Source: a virus
Lineage: Duplodnaviria > Caudoviricetes
DNA: 54,893 bases
IMG/VR virus record: IMGVR_UViG_3300048835_001014
Location: 1-54,893 of that record
Direction: 5' to 3' (one strand)
The stretch's first letter is position 1. Each line of letters begins with the position of its first letter. Shown here piece by piece: positions 35,705 through 45,145 of this stretch. Below the pieces are notes generated by a model that saw nothing but the letters and a program-made list of their open reading frames with translations, had not been told where the DNA came from and did not search any database. The position numbers and the translations under genes are program-made.

Positions 35705-36094
35705 TTGCCCTTGACCAACCTGCTGCAGATCGGCGCCTCGTGGCTGGCGGACCAGATGAAAACGCATGCGTCCATCGACGTCACCTACGAACGCGGCGCG
35801 GAGCAGGTGCCAGTTAAGGCGACGGTTGGCAAGACGGAATTCGAGATCGACGACGGGTCGGGAGTGATCGAGCGATTTCAGTCACGCGATTACCTGATCC
35901 ACGCGGCGGACCTGGTGCTTGGTGGCGTCGAAACGCTGCCTGTCGCGGGTGACCTGATCCGCGAGACGCAAGGAGCAAAAACGTTTGTTTACGAAGTCAT
36001 GGCACCGGGTGATGAGCCGCATTACCGGTACAGCGATCCATTCCGAACACTACTCAGGATTCATTCGAAGCATGTGGCGACAGAAGGTCCTTAG
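35705..36094 (+). CDS. Head-tail adaptor/closure protein (gpFII-like)
   Basis: Position and size; P..GD.I...YEV motif. Confidence 0.65.
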   Translation: MPLTNLLQIGASWLADQMKTHASIDVTYERGAEQVPVKATVGKTEFEIDDGSGVIERFQSRDYLIHAADLVLGGVETLPVAGDLIRETQGAKTFVYEVMAPGDEPHYRYSDPFRTLLRIHSKHVATEGP

Positions 36095-36638
36095 CATCTC
36101 CGTTCTCTTGGCAACTACGGTTGCAGCCAGCTCGGTGCTTCAAGCACAAGAGATGATGGAACTGCCGACGCAAGTGCGCGTCTGGTTTCGCAACCAACAG
36201 GGGAGTTGTGTACAGGCATCGCTGGGTATGACGGGCGCATGGAACAACGTCCCAGCCGCTACGACATTGATGTGGGATACCGAATACGGCAACGCCGTGC
36301 GCGGCGGATCGTGGCCCAGCCGCGTGGCCGACTATTGCAGCCAGCGGGGCATTCGCGCGTTCAACGTCACAGGCGATTCGACGTTCGAGTGGATGGAGTG
36401 GGCAGCCAAGACGGGTCGCTTCGCAGCGATCGGTGCGGGCACCCGGCACTTCCAGACCGAGTACGGCCGCGATCGCCCCGCTGGCCTCTGGTACGTCTGC
36501 AACAACAACTCGCCGCATCGGATCGACGAGTACACGAACGACGGCTATCGCCGTCTGCACCTGGCCAGCGGGAACTGGGTCGTGATCCTCGACGGTCCCG
36601 CACCGCCGCCTCCGCCTCGCTACGTCCGCTGGTGGTAA
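36072..36638 (+). CDS. Secreted papain/C39-like cysteine peptidase candidate
   Basis: Signal peptide MWRQKVLSISVLLATTVAASSVLQA; QQGSCVQAS, RHFQT, VCNNN. Confidence 0.5.
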   Translation: MWRQKVLSISVLLATTVAASSVLQAQEMMELPTQVRVWFRNQQGSCVQASLGMTGAWNNVPAATTLMWDTEYGNAVRGGSWPSRVADYCSQRGIRAFNVTGDSTFEWMEWAAKTGRFAAIGAGTRHFQTEYGRDRPAGLWYVCNNNSPHRIDEYTNDGYRRLHLASGNWVVILDGPAPPPPPRYVRWW

Positions 36639-36667
36639 CAACCTCATTTTGCAAGGAGCATCACAAC

Positions 36668-37609
36668 ATGAAGCCCGGATTGGCAAGTTGTCTGATTCTT
36701 TGGGCCTTGGCCACGTCTGCCTTCGCCCAGCAACTCCAGGATGTTCCCCCGGTGGCGGAACAGGAGATTCTCCGACGCGGCAACTTCGTCGAGCGGATCG
36801 ACGGCCATCGCAACGATGTGACCGACCTGATCGCCGAAGCGCTGAGGCCGCCCGCTGATGATTCGAACAAATGGTTCATCACGGTCATCACGACCCGCAA
36901 CTGCCGCTATTGTGACGCTTTGAAACAAGCCTTTGCGGCATCGCCGGAACTGCGGCCGTTCGTCGATTCCAATGACCACAACAACAGTTGGGCACACTAC
37001 AACATTTTCTCGGCGGAGGACCAGACGCAGGCCTGGCGCTGGGAAGGGATTCAGCTGGCTGGTTACCCGACGCTGCTGATCCAACCGCCCCGCGACAACC
37101 GTTACGGCGATCCGAAGACGGTCGTCCTGCAAAAGACGGGCTACGACGGGGACTCGCAGAAGCTGGCCTCGTCCATTCGCGACACGATCACCCGGTACGT
37201 GGCGCGGTTCCCGCAGCAGCCTCGGCAAAGGGGCATCGGCCAGCAGGCGGAACCGACTGAACAGCAGTCGCGAGGCAACGAGCCCCCTTTTTCGCCGCCC
37301 CCGCGCGTGGAGCCGACGCCTTACGCACCGCAACCTCAGTTCCCGTTCGACTATCCGCCGGTGCCCCAACCGGCCCCGCAGCCGACCATCAATCCGCTGA
37401 GTCTATTGGCGACTCTGCTGGGATCGACGTTGGGCTCGGGCGGCATGACGAACCTGTTGCTGTTGGTGCTGGCGGGCTTCGCGGGGATTCGGACGTTTCG
37501 CAAGGCGACGGGCCAGAAACTGCTGCTGGACGACAACGCCTACCAAAACATCGTCGACGCGATCAAGAAGCTGATCGGGCCGACGACGCCTCCGACTCCC
37601 AGCGCGTAG
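36668..37609 (+). CDS. Exported thioredoxin-fold protein with Pro-rich linker and C-terminal membrane anchor
   Basis: AAGGAG RBS; signal peptide; CRYC; GYPTL; hydrophobic LLLLVLAGFAGI. Confidence 0.7.
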   Translation: MKPGLASCLILWALATSAFAQQLQDVPPVAEQEILRRGNFVERIDGHRNDVTDLIAEALRPPADDSNKWFITVITTRNCRYCDALKQAFAASPELRPFVDSNDHNNSWAHYNIFSAEDQTQAWRWEGIQLAGYPTLLIQPPRDNRYGDPKTVVLQKTGYDGDSQKLASSIRDTITRYVARFPQQPRQRGIGQQAEPTEQQSRGNEPPFSPPPRVEPTPYAPQPQFPFDYPPVPQPAPQPTINPLSLLATLLGSTLGSGGMTNLLLLVLAGFAGIRTFRKATGQKLLLDDNAYQNIVDAIKKLIGPTTPPTPSA

Positions 37610-37647
37610 GTTGGCGGGTCAGGCGATTTTTTCAGCGACTGGGTGAG

Positions 37648-37791
37648 GTGGTCGACGGATGGATGCAATGGGCGGCGATAACGCCGCGAGTGTTGATGAT
37701 CGTGGAGATCGCTTGCCCGGCTGTGGCCGTTCTGTTGGCGGCCATCTGGGCTCGCAGGATGTGGGTTTCAACCAGGAAGGACGAACGATGA
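37648..37791 (+). CDS. 47-aa membrane peptide (not in ORF track; holin-like candidate)
   Basis: VVDGWMQWAAITPRVLMIVEIACPAVAVLLAAIWARRMWVSTRKDER; stop overlaps next ATG (ATGA). Confidence 0.5.
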   Translation: MVDGWMQWAAITPRVLMIVEIACPAVAVLLAAIWARRMWVSTRKDER

Positions 37792-38078
37792 ATCGAATCG
37801 CATTGTGCATGGCGGCCGTGTTGGTGCTCGGACTCGGCATTTGCAGTCAGGAGACGCGGGCCGACGACGATCTGCAATTCGCAACGCCGGCGGTGACGGA
37901 GGCCGGAACTGTGGCCGCCTGTGAAGCGGGCACGTGCCAGACGACGAGGTTCGCGAGAACGGGTGTCGCTTACCACCGCAGCCGACGTCCGATCGCACGT
38001 TGGTTCCAGGAGCATCGCCCGGTGCGACGGGTGTTGCGAGGAGCCGTGCGATTCTTCGGCCGCCGCTGTTGCCACTGA
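37788..38078 (+). CDS. Small exported protein with Arg-rich C-terminus
   Basis: AAGGA RBS; signal peptide MNRIALCMAAVLVLGLG; CEAGTC. Confidence 0.65.
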   Translation: MNRIALCMAAVLVLGLGICSQETRADDDLQFATPAVTEAGTVAACEAGTCQTTRFARTGVAYHRSRRPIARWFQEHRPVRRVLRGAVRFFGRRCCH

Positions 38079-38099
38079 GTCCACGCGAAGAAGAAGACT

Positions 38100-38537
38100 A
38101 TGCCGCAAGCCGACATCATCGACGTAGCCGACGCGATCGTGACGGAGTTGAACGCGACCTCGTTCAGCCAACCGTTCACGGCCGCGCGCGGCTACCTGCC
38201 GACGTTCGACTTGCAGGAGATGAACGAGCTGAAGGTGACCGTGGTGCCCAAGGAAGACGACGGCAAACTCGACACCCGCAGCCAGTCGTCACACGACTAT
38301 GCGATCGACATCGGCATCCAGAAAAAACCGCCGGCCATCGAGAACGCGAACCTCGATCCTCTGATGCTACTGACTCAGGAGATTGCCGACCACTTTCTGT
38401 TCGGGAAGCAGGCGGCCGGCGCGACGTTGATCGCGCCGACCGTCCGCATCCTGTACCTGCAGGAACACTTGCAAAAGCTACGTCAATTCACGAGCGTCGT
38501 GACGCTCACGTTTCGAGGCTGGCGACAAGCGGCCTGA
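38100..38537 (+). CDS. Tail terminator-like protein
   Basis: 145 aa immediately before tail tube gene. Confidence 0.6.
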   Translation: MPQADIIDVADAIVTELNATSFSQPFTAARGYLPTFDLQEMNELKVTVVPKEDDGKLDTRSQSSHDYAIDIGIQKKPPAIENANLDPLMLLTQEIADHFLFGKQAAGATLIAPTVRILYLQEHLQKLRQFTSVVTLTFRGWRQAA

Positions 38538-38629
38538 CCAGGAGGTTTTTCATTTGGGCCATGCTCTCACTGTCGTTGGTCTTTAGCGTCGACCGACTGA
38601 GCACCTGCCCGTAGGAGGTAATTGAAAAC

Positions 38630-39097
38630 ATGCCACTCACCGAAGCCCCCGTCGTCGGCAAGGACTGCAAGCTGTATCTCAACAGCGCGACGCATGCCAC
38701 GCCGACGTGGACGGAAGTCAAGAGCGCGATCAACGTCTCGGCCAACCTGGGCAAGGGCGAAGCCGATGTTTCCGCCCGCTTCAGCGGCTGGAAGCTGACC
38801 AAGGGCGCGCTCAAGGAACTGGAGATCAGCTTCACGTATCGGCACAAGAGCGGCGTCGATGCGGTCTTCGATGCGCTGCTCGACGCCTACATCAACGACA
38901 CGCCGCTCGAGTTCGCCGTGATGGACGCAGCGATCACCGAGAGCGGAGCCCAGGGTCCGCGGGCCTTCTGTGAAATCCTGTCGCTAAACCTGACACAGGA
39001 ACTGGAAAACGCCGCCGAGTACGAGCTCACCGTGAAGCCGACCTACCACGAGGAAGGTGGCTCCCTGGTCGAGCCCGACTGGTACGAAGTCCCGTAA
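38630..39097 (+). CDS. Major tail tube protein
   Basis: AGGAGG RBS; GKDCKLY..TPTWTEV, ADVS.R..GWK. Confidence 0.75.
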   Translation: MPLTEAPVVGKDCKLYLNSATHATPTWTEVKSAINVSANLGKGEADVSARFSGWKLTKGALKELEISFTYRHKSGVDAVFDALLDAYINDTPLEFAVMDAAITESGAQGPRAFCEILSLNLTQELENAAEYELTVKPTYHEEGGSLVEPDWYEVP

Positions 39098-39118
39098 GCG
39101 ACAACCCCGTAGATATAG

Positions 39119-39319
39119 ATGTGTGCCATGACTGACGACCAAACACGCCTGGACGCCCTGCGAAAGGGCATAACCGCAGCCAACGACAACGGTTACGTCG
39201 CGATCCGCGTGGCCGACCTGCGTTGGCTGCTGGATCGGGTGGATAACCGCGCTCCCGAAACACCGCGACTGACCTTTGACGAACCCGAAGGAGACCTCGA
39301 TGACCCCGAGCACGAATGA
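39119..39319 (+). CDS. Hypothetical protein
   Basis: 66-aa ORF filling the gap in the tail operon. Confidence 0.4.
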   Translation: MCAMTDDQTRLDALRKGITAANDNGYVAIRVADLRWLLDRVDNRAPETPRLTFDEPEGDLDDPEHE

Positions 39320-39836
39320 TGCCGCCATCTGGACGGACGCCGAAAACCGCACCTGGTCGACCGCCATCTCGGTCAACGCCATTCGCCGCGTGAAAGAGCT
39401 GGTCGGCGTCAATCTGTTGGAAGTATTCGATGGCGAACTGCTGGCGCGGCTGGCGGACGATCCGGTGCTCTTGGTCAACACGCTCTATGCCATCTGCAAG
39501 CCCCAGGCCGACGAGCGCGATGTCAGCGACGAAGCCTTCGGCGAACTGCTTGTCGGCGATCGGATCGAAGAAGCCACGACGGCGCTGGTGCGAGGGATTA
39601 ACGATTTTTTCCCGAAGGACCGCCGGGCGGTCCTGGACAGGCTGTGGGCGGCGACGAAGCGGACGCGGACGGAAGCGATCCAGATGGCTACGGACAAGCT
39701 GGACTCGCCGCTGGTCGTGCAGGCGATCACGGGAGCGATTCAGAAGGCGAGCGACGAGATCGACCGACGGCTGCGGAGTTATGGCGATACGTCTGGGAGC
39801 TCGCCGGAATCCTTGGCGTCGAGCCAGGTCCCCTGA
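39300..39836 (+). CDS. Tail assembly chaperone (gpG-like)
   Basis: AAGGAG RBS; position between tube and tape measure; contains T-TTT-TTC slippery site. Confidence 0.75.
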   Translation: MTPSTNDAAIWTDAENRTWSTAISVNAIRRVKELVGVNLLEVFDGELLARLADDPVLLVNTLYAICKPQADERDVSDEAFGELLVGDRIEEATTALVRGINDFFPKDRRAVLDRLWAATKRTRTEAIQMATDKLDSPLVVQAITGAIQKASDEIDRRLRSYGDTSGSSPESLASSQVP

Positions 39837-40075
39837 CGCTGCGTGAACTCGTCTGGATGTACCGAGCCCGTCGCAGCGAGCGGTGGTCGCACACATCCAA
39901 CGTGATGGCGCTGGTGGCTAACTGTCACCGCGACCCGAAGCGAGTCCGGCGTCCGTTCGACATGGTCGATTTCCTGCCGGCGGACTTGCGACACACGGTG
40001 CGTCGCGCGACGGGGATTCGTCTGACGCCCACAACCCTGCGAATGCTCAAACCACTGTTCGACAAGAAGGTCTGA
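39605..40075 (+). CDS. -1 frameshift extension of tail chaperone (gpGT-like)
   Basis: Slippery heptamer T TTT TTC at 39605-39611 in correct phase; -1 frame open to 40075 (LTLREL..M, ANCHRDPK...F...DF). Confidence 0.7.
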   Translation, partial: FFPEGPPGGPGQAVGGDEADADGSDPDGYGQAGLAAGRAGDHGSDSEGERRDRPTAAELWRYVWELAGILGVEPGPLTLRELVWMYRARRSERWSHTSNVMALVANCHRDPKRVRRPFDMVDFLPADLRHTVRRATGIRLTPTTLRMLKPLFDKKV

Positions 40076-40078
40076 TCG

Positions 40079-40609
40079 ATGCCCCAACCGTTCGCCATCA
40101 CCATGCGAATGAAAGACGTGTTCTTCGACCGCGCGGCGGTCAAGAACCGCATGTCGAAGGCGAACCGTAAGGCACTCTCCAAGGCCGGCGCATTTATCCG
40201 GCGTCGGGCGCGCTCAAGCCTCCGTCGTCGCAAGAAGCCATCGCCACCTGGTCAGCCGCCGAGCGTTCACACCAACGATCGCGTCGCCACGCTGAAGAAC
40301 ATTCTCTTCGCCTACGATCCGCATAGCGAGTCGCTTGTCGTTGGCCCGGTGAAGCTGAATCAAAAGGCACTTCTCGGCCCGCAGCTCGCTGGTGCCACCG
40401 TTCCGCAGATTCACGAGTTCGGCGCGCGGGTCAAGATCCGAGAGGTCAAGGTCGGTAGGGGCTGGCGAACCGGCAGGCGCCGAGTGCGTCCAGGCCAGCC
40501 CGTTCGCGTGCGCGCAGCGGTCTACTCCGAACGACCTTTCATGGGACCGGCCCTCGAAGCGGAGAAAGACCATATTCCCGACGCTTGGTCCGGCAGCGTG
40601 GGAGGGTAG
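40079..40609 (+). CDS. Tail completion/neck protein (HK97 gp10-like)
   Basis: Basic; PSPPGQPP, HEFG, RPFMGPA motifs. Confidence 0.7.
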   Translation: MPQPFAITMRMKDVFFDRAAVKNRMSKANRKALSKAGAFIRRRARSSLRRRKKPSPPGQPPSVHTNDRVATLKNILFAYDPHSESLVVGPVKLNQKALLGPQLAGATVPQIHEFGARVKIREVKVGRGWRTGRRRVRPGQPVRVRAAVYSERPFMGPALEAEKDHIPDAWSGSVGG

Positions 40610-40612
40610 CGT

Positions 40613-43600
40613 ATGGCCGGTCGAGAGGTGCGTGCCGGGAAAGCGTTCGTCGAGATCGCGCTGCGCGATCGTCTCGAAGCAGGCTTGAAGCGAATCTCGG
40701 CACGGCTGCGAGGTTTCGCCGCCGGCGTGGGAGCGATCGGCCGACCGTTGCTCGCATTGGGAGCTGGACTCGGCGCGCCTTTGGCGCTCGCCACTGGCGT
40801 TTTCGCTGGATTCGACGACCAGATGCGGTTGGTGAAGGCCGTCACCCAGGCGACCGACGACGAGTTCGCTCGGCTGCGGGCGACGGCGCAGGAGCTCGGC
40901 CGCACGACCAGCTTCACGTCGGCTCAGGTCGCGGGATTGATGACCGAACTGGGACGGGCCGGTTTCAACCCGGACCAGATCGACCGCATGACGGCCAGCG
41001 TACTCGACCTGGCCAAGGCAACGGGCACCGACGCGACCTTGGCCTCGGGCATCATGGCCGCGTCCATCCGCCAGTTCTCGCTCGACGCAGGCGACGCGGG
41101 CCGTGTGGCCGACGCGCTGACGGTGGCGGCCAACAAGAGCTTCAACACGCTCGAATCGCTGGGTGAGGCGCTAACCTACGCCGGCCCGGTGGCCAGCGAC
41201 TTCAACATGTCGATCGAGGACACGCTCGCTCTGCTAGGTGCGCTCGGCAACGTCGGAATTCAAGGGAGCAATGCCGGGACGGCGCTGCGGCGGCTGCTGA
41301 CGCTCAGTGGTGCCGAAGCCGAGAAGCTGAAGGAGATCTTCGGCGTCAGTTTCGTGGACATGCGCGGCAACGCCCGGCCGCTGGTCGATGTGCTGGACGA
41401 AGTGAACCAGGCTACGAAAGATCTGGGAACGGCGGCCCGCGCGCAGAAGTTCAACGAGGCCTTCGGTCTGTTGGGCATCACCGGTGCTTCCGCCCTCAGC
41501 AAGAACGCCGTCAACGTTCGTGAACTGCGGGATGCCCTTGCCAATGCCAACGGCGTCGCCGCGCGGACGCACAAAGAAATGGAATCCGGGCTTGGCGGCA
41601 CCTTCCGCCGCATCCTGTCGGCGGCCGAGGGCGTCGCCATCGCGATCGGTGACGCGCTTGCTCCGGCGCTGCAACGTCTGGAGCCGATCGTCACGACCGT
41701 CCTGGGAAGCATCACCAAATGGATCGGCGAGCATAAGACTCTCGTCACGGTCGTCGCGGCCAGCGTAGCCGCCATCGCCGGGATCGGCGGTGTGTTGGTA
41801 GCGATCGCAGGCGCTGCGAGTCTGGCAGCCTTCGCGGTGAGTGGTGCAGCCACGGTATGGAGCGTCGCCACGGGCGCTCTCGCAGCGATCGGAACAGTGA
41901 TTGGTGCGATCGTTTCGCCGATTGGACTGCTGGTCGCGGGGGTTGTCGCTGCCGGAGCGGCATTCCTGTACTTCAGCGGCGTGGGTGGCAAAGTGATCCG
42001 CTGGTTGCAGACGCGGTTCGGTGAGCTAGTCGGTTTCGTGACAAAGGTCGCTGGTGATATCGGCGACGCCCTCATGGCCGGCGACATGAAGCGCGCCGCA
42101 ACAATTCTGTGGGATGCGATCAAGGTCGCGTTCGCCCGCGGCGTCGAAGAAGTATCCGCGTTGTGGAAAGCGGTTCAGGCGTCAGCCCAACAGGCGTGGG
42201 CCGGCGTCCGTGCGGCGGCGGGCCGGGTCATGTCGTGGTTCGCAAACGCCTGGGCCACGGTTCGATCGTCGCTCGCGGCGCTCGGGCAAACGGCCGGTGC
42301 GGCGTTTCAAGCGGTCGCTGGCATGGTGGGATCGGCGATCCGCGCGGCCATTCAATTCGTCCAAAGTCTCCCGGTGCGCTTCGTCGAAGCGCTTCGACGG
42401 ATTCCGTCTATCGCTGCCTCGGTGTTTTCCACACTTGGCGGGATCGTGCGTCAGGCGATTTCGGTGGCCGCCAGCGCGGTTGAACGGTTGCCGGCGATCA
42501 TGGCGTCCGCCATCGCTGCCGTACCGCAGCTTATCGGGACGATGTTTCGAGGCATCGCTCGCGCGGTGAGTGCCCTGGCGGAATTGCTCCCAACGCCGCT
42601 ACGCAACTTCGTGCAGGCGGGCGCAGGAGTCGTGTCGGAGGTCGGATCGCTGTTTGGCCGGCTGGCTTCGGTGGTTGGCTCTGTACTCTCGCCTATCGCG
42701 ACGGTCGCCCGCGCGACGTTTCGTGGCGTGGTGAACGCGGCATCGCTGGTGTTCTCCGCGATCAAGGCAATCGTCACACCGATTGCCTACGTCTTGGCCG
42801 GCGCATTTCGCCTGGGAGTTAACATCGCGGCCCGCATGATCGGTGGGCTCGTGGCCATTGTGTCCCGCGTCGCGTCGACAATCTTGAGCATCTGGTCCGC
42901 CACCGTCGGAACAGTCGGACAGATCGTGTCGCGACTTATCCGCGTTGTTTCGACAGCCGCCAGCCGTATCGTGCAGATCGCTTCCCGTACTGCATCGATG
43001 TTTGCGGGTCCCTTCGCGGGGCTCGTCACAGCGGTTGGCGACTTCTTCAGCGCTGCTGTGGATCTTGGCGGGACGATCCTGAGCAACCTCGTGGCCATCG
43101 CCTCACAAGTGGGCTTCGCGATTCTGGCAGCGCTCGCCCGGCCACTGGACGCACTGCGAAGCGTATGGCAGCGAGTAACCGAAACGGCCCGCGCCGCGTG
43201 GAGCGGATTGACGTCTCTCGCGACCGGTGTCGCCAACGCAATCGGCAACGCGTTTTCGACGGTCGCCAACGTCGTGCGGACGACGTTCGGAAACGTCTGG
43301 CAATTCCTGGCGTCGAGTGCGTCGCAGGTCGTCGCCTTCTTTGGCCGGGCGATGTCGGCTGTTGGACAGGCGGGTGCAGCCGTCGCCAACGGATTCGGAG
43401 CCGCGTTCACGCAGATGAAGAACGCGACAATCGAGACATTCTCGGCGATCGGGACGGCATTGGCCGAGGGCGACTTCGCGCTGGCCGCTGAGATCGCCTG
43501 GGCGTCGATCAAGTTGGCCTTCGCCCAGGGAATAGCGTGGGTCACCAACGCCTGGGCCGAATTCACGACCGGCCTGGTGTCGATCTTCGACGGGGTCATC

Positions 43601-44260
43601 ACGTCTATCCGCGAAGTCTGGAACAACATCAGCACTTGGATCGCCCGCCAGATGTTGAAGCTGGTCGGCATGATCCAATCCGCCGTGGCGAAGCTGGCCG
43701 AGATCGATCCGACCGGCCTGTCCGACAAGCTGGCAGCGGCGCTCGACTTCGATGTCGAAGGAACGATCCGCATCCTGGAAGAGGACAGCCAGCGGTTCAA
43801 TCAAGGCATCGAACAGGCCAAGTCCGCGCGGGACGACGAGCGGGTCCGCGCCATGCAGCAGCAATTGGCCGACACCGAGAAGCGGTTGGCTGAACTGCGC
43901 GAAGCGCGACGGCAGGCTTTGGCCAAGGCAGATGTTCTTGCCGAGGACGATACCGAGTCTCCCCTGGCCGGCGCGATGGCGGAGCTCGAAAAGACGCTCG
44001 CCGACGCGACCAACATGGACAAGCTGTTCGATGCGAACGCGGCCCAGTCGCAACTACCACTCGTGTTCGGTGGGATGCCCAAGCTCGGCGGCAGCGCGGG
44101 CCTGGCGGGAACTTTCAACGCGGCGATCGCCGGCATGCTCGGGCGCTCCGGAGACGATCCGGGCGAGCGCACCGCCGACGCCGTCGAATCGATGGACGAA
44201 AAGCTCACCGACATCCGGGACGAACTGAAGGATCGTCCCGTCTTGGCGTTCGACAGTTAA
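40613..44260 (+). CDS. Tape measure protein, TP901 family
   Basis: FDDQM..V.A, LGRTTSFTS, GIQGSNAGTALR; long amphipathic Ala-rich repeats. Confidence 0.95.
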   Translation: MAGREVRAGKAFVEIALRDRLEAGLKRISARLRGFAAGVGAIGRPLLALGAGLGAPLALATGVFAGFDDQMRLVKAVTQATDDEFARLRATAQELGRTTSFTSAQVAGLMTELGRAGFNPDQIDRMTASVLDLAKATGTDATLASGIMAASIRQFSLDAGDAGRVADALTVAANKSFNTLESLGEALTYAGPVASDFNMSIEDTLALLGALGNVGIQGSNAGTALRRLLTLSGAEAEKLKEIFGVSFVDMRGNARPLVDVLDEVNQATKDLGTAARAQKFNEAFGLLGITGASALSKNAVNVRELRDALANANGVAARTHKEMESGLGGTFRRILSAAEGVAIAIGDALAPALQRLEPIVTTVLGSITKWIGEHKTLVTVVAASVAAIAGIGGVLVAIAGAASLAAFAVSGAATVWSVATGALAAIGTVIGAIVSPIGLLVAGVVAAGAAFLYFSGVGGKVIRWLQTRFGELVGFVTKVAGDIGDALMAGDMKRAATILWDAIKVAFARGVEEVSALWKAVQASAQQAWAGVRAAAGRVMSWFANAWATVRSSLAALGQTAGAAFQAVAGMVGSAIRAAIQFVQSLPVRFVEALRRIPSIAASVFSTLGGIVRQAISVAASAVERLPAIMASAIAAVPQLIGTMFRGIARAVSALAELLPTPLRNFVQAGAGVVSEVGSLFGRLASVVGSVLSPIATVARATFRGVVNAASLVFSAIKAIVTPIAYVLAGAFRLGVNIAARMIGGLVAIVSRVASTILSIWSATVGTVGQIVSRLIRVVSTAASRIVQIASRTASMFAGPFAGLVTAVGDFFSAAVDLGGTILSNLVAIASQVGFAILAALARPLDALRSVWQRVTETARAAWSGLTSLATGVANAIGNAFSTVANVVRTTFGNVWQFLASSASQVVAFFGRAMSAVGQAGAAVANGFGAAFTQMKNATIETFSAIGTALAEGDFALAAEIAWASIKLAFAQGIAWVTNAWAEFTTGLVSIFDGVITSIREVWNNISTWIARQMLKLVGMIQSAVAKLAEIDPTGLSDKLAAALDFDVEGTIRILEEDSQRFNQGIEQAKSARDDERVRAMQQQLADTEKRLAELREARRQALAKADVLAEDDTESPLAGAMAELEKTLADATNMDKLFDANAAQSQLPLVFGGMPKLGGSAGLAGTFNAAIAGMLGRSGDDPGERTADAVESMDEKLTDIRDELKDRPVLAFDS

Positions 44261-44272
44261 ACCAGGACACGT

Positions 44273-45142
44273 ATGGCCATCACCGTTTATGAAAAGTTCG
44301 GTTCGCCCGATGGGCGGTTCGTGAATCCGGTTGACGGTGCCGGATCGGCGTTCACGTACACCTACGTCGTCCTGGGCACCAACAACGTCACGCTGGCTAC
44401 CAGCGCCGTGGCCACGGCCGCACCCCTGGTCTACTTGGCTAACGACGGGCAGTTGCTAATTCGGCAGGAATTCATCCCGAAAGTCACCGGTCCCGATTCT
44501 TGGGACATCGACGTGCGGTACGGCACCGAAGACGATCGGAAGTCCCACGAGATTCCCGAAGCAGGATTCTGGCGATTCTCGTTCGATACGACCGGTGGCA
44601 CGCACAAGGTGACGCAGTCGCTTGAGACCATCCATCGCGTCGAAGCCGATCCAGGCGACCCCGCTCCCGATCTGAAGCAGGCCATCGGCTGGGACGGCAA
44701 GAAGGTCAACGGCGTCGAGATCGTCGTGCCGAAGCTCGAGTTCTCGATTACGGCCTATTACGACCCCGCGTCGGTGACGACCGCTTACATGAAGACGCTG
44801 GCCCGTAACACGGGCCGCACCAACAGCGCCGCCTGGCTGGGCTTTGATCCGGGCGAAGTGTTGTACATGGGCTCGACCGGCGATGGCGATGTTCCGCTGG
44901 TGAGTGGCGCTCGCGTGAAGCCGATTCCGCTCGTCCACAAGTTCGCCGCCAGCGAGAACGTGGTCAATCTGGCCGTGGGCGACATGACCGTGCCGAGCAA
45001 GAACGGGTTCGATTATCTGTGGGTCCGCTACAAGCAGATCGAATCGGCCGACGCCACGAACATCGTGCCCAAGCCGGTGCATGCCTACGTCGAGCGAGTG
45101 TACGAGAAGGTTGATTTCGCGGCGCTCTTGGGAGTCAGTTGA
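44273..45142 (+). CDS. Putative distal tail/baseplate protein
   Basis: Directly after tape measure; beta-rich; AGGA RBS. Confidence 0.6.
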   Translation: MAITVYEKFGSPDGRFVNPVDGAGSAFTYTYVVLGTNNVTLATSAVATAAPLVYLANDGQLLIRQEFIPKVTGPDSWDIDVRYGTEDDRKSHEIPEAGFWRFSFDTTGGTHKVTQSLETIHRVEADPGDPAPDLKQAIGWDGKKVNGVEIVVPKLEFSITAYYDPASVTTAYMKTLARNTGRTNSAAWLGFDPGEVLYMGSTGDGDVPLVSGARVKPIPLVHKFAASENVVNLAVGDMTVPSKNGFDYLWVRYKQIESADATNIVPKPVHAYVERVYEKVDFAALLGVS

Positions 45143-45145
45143 GCG

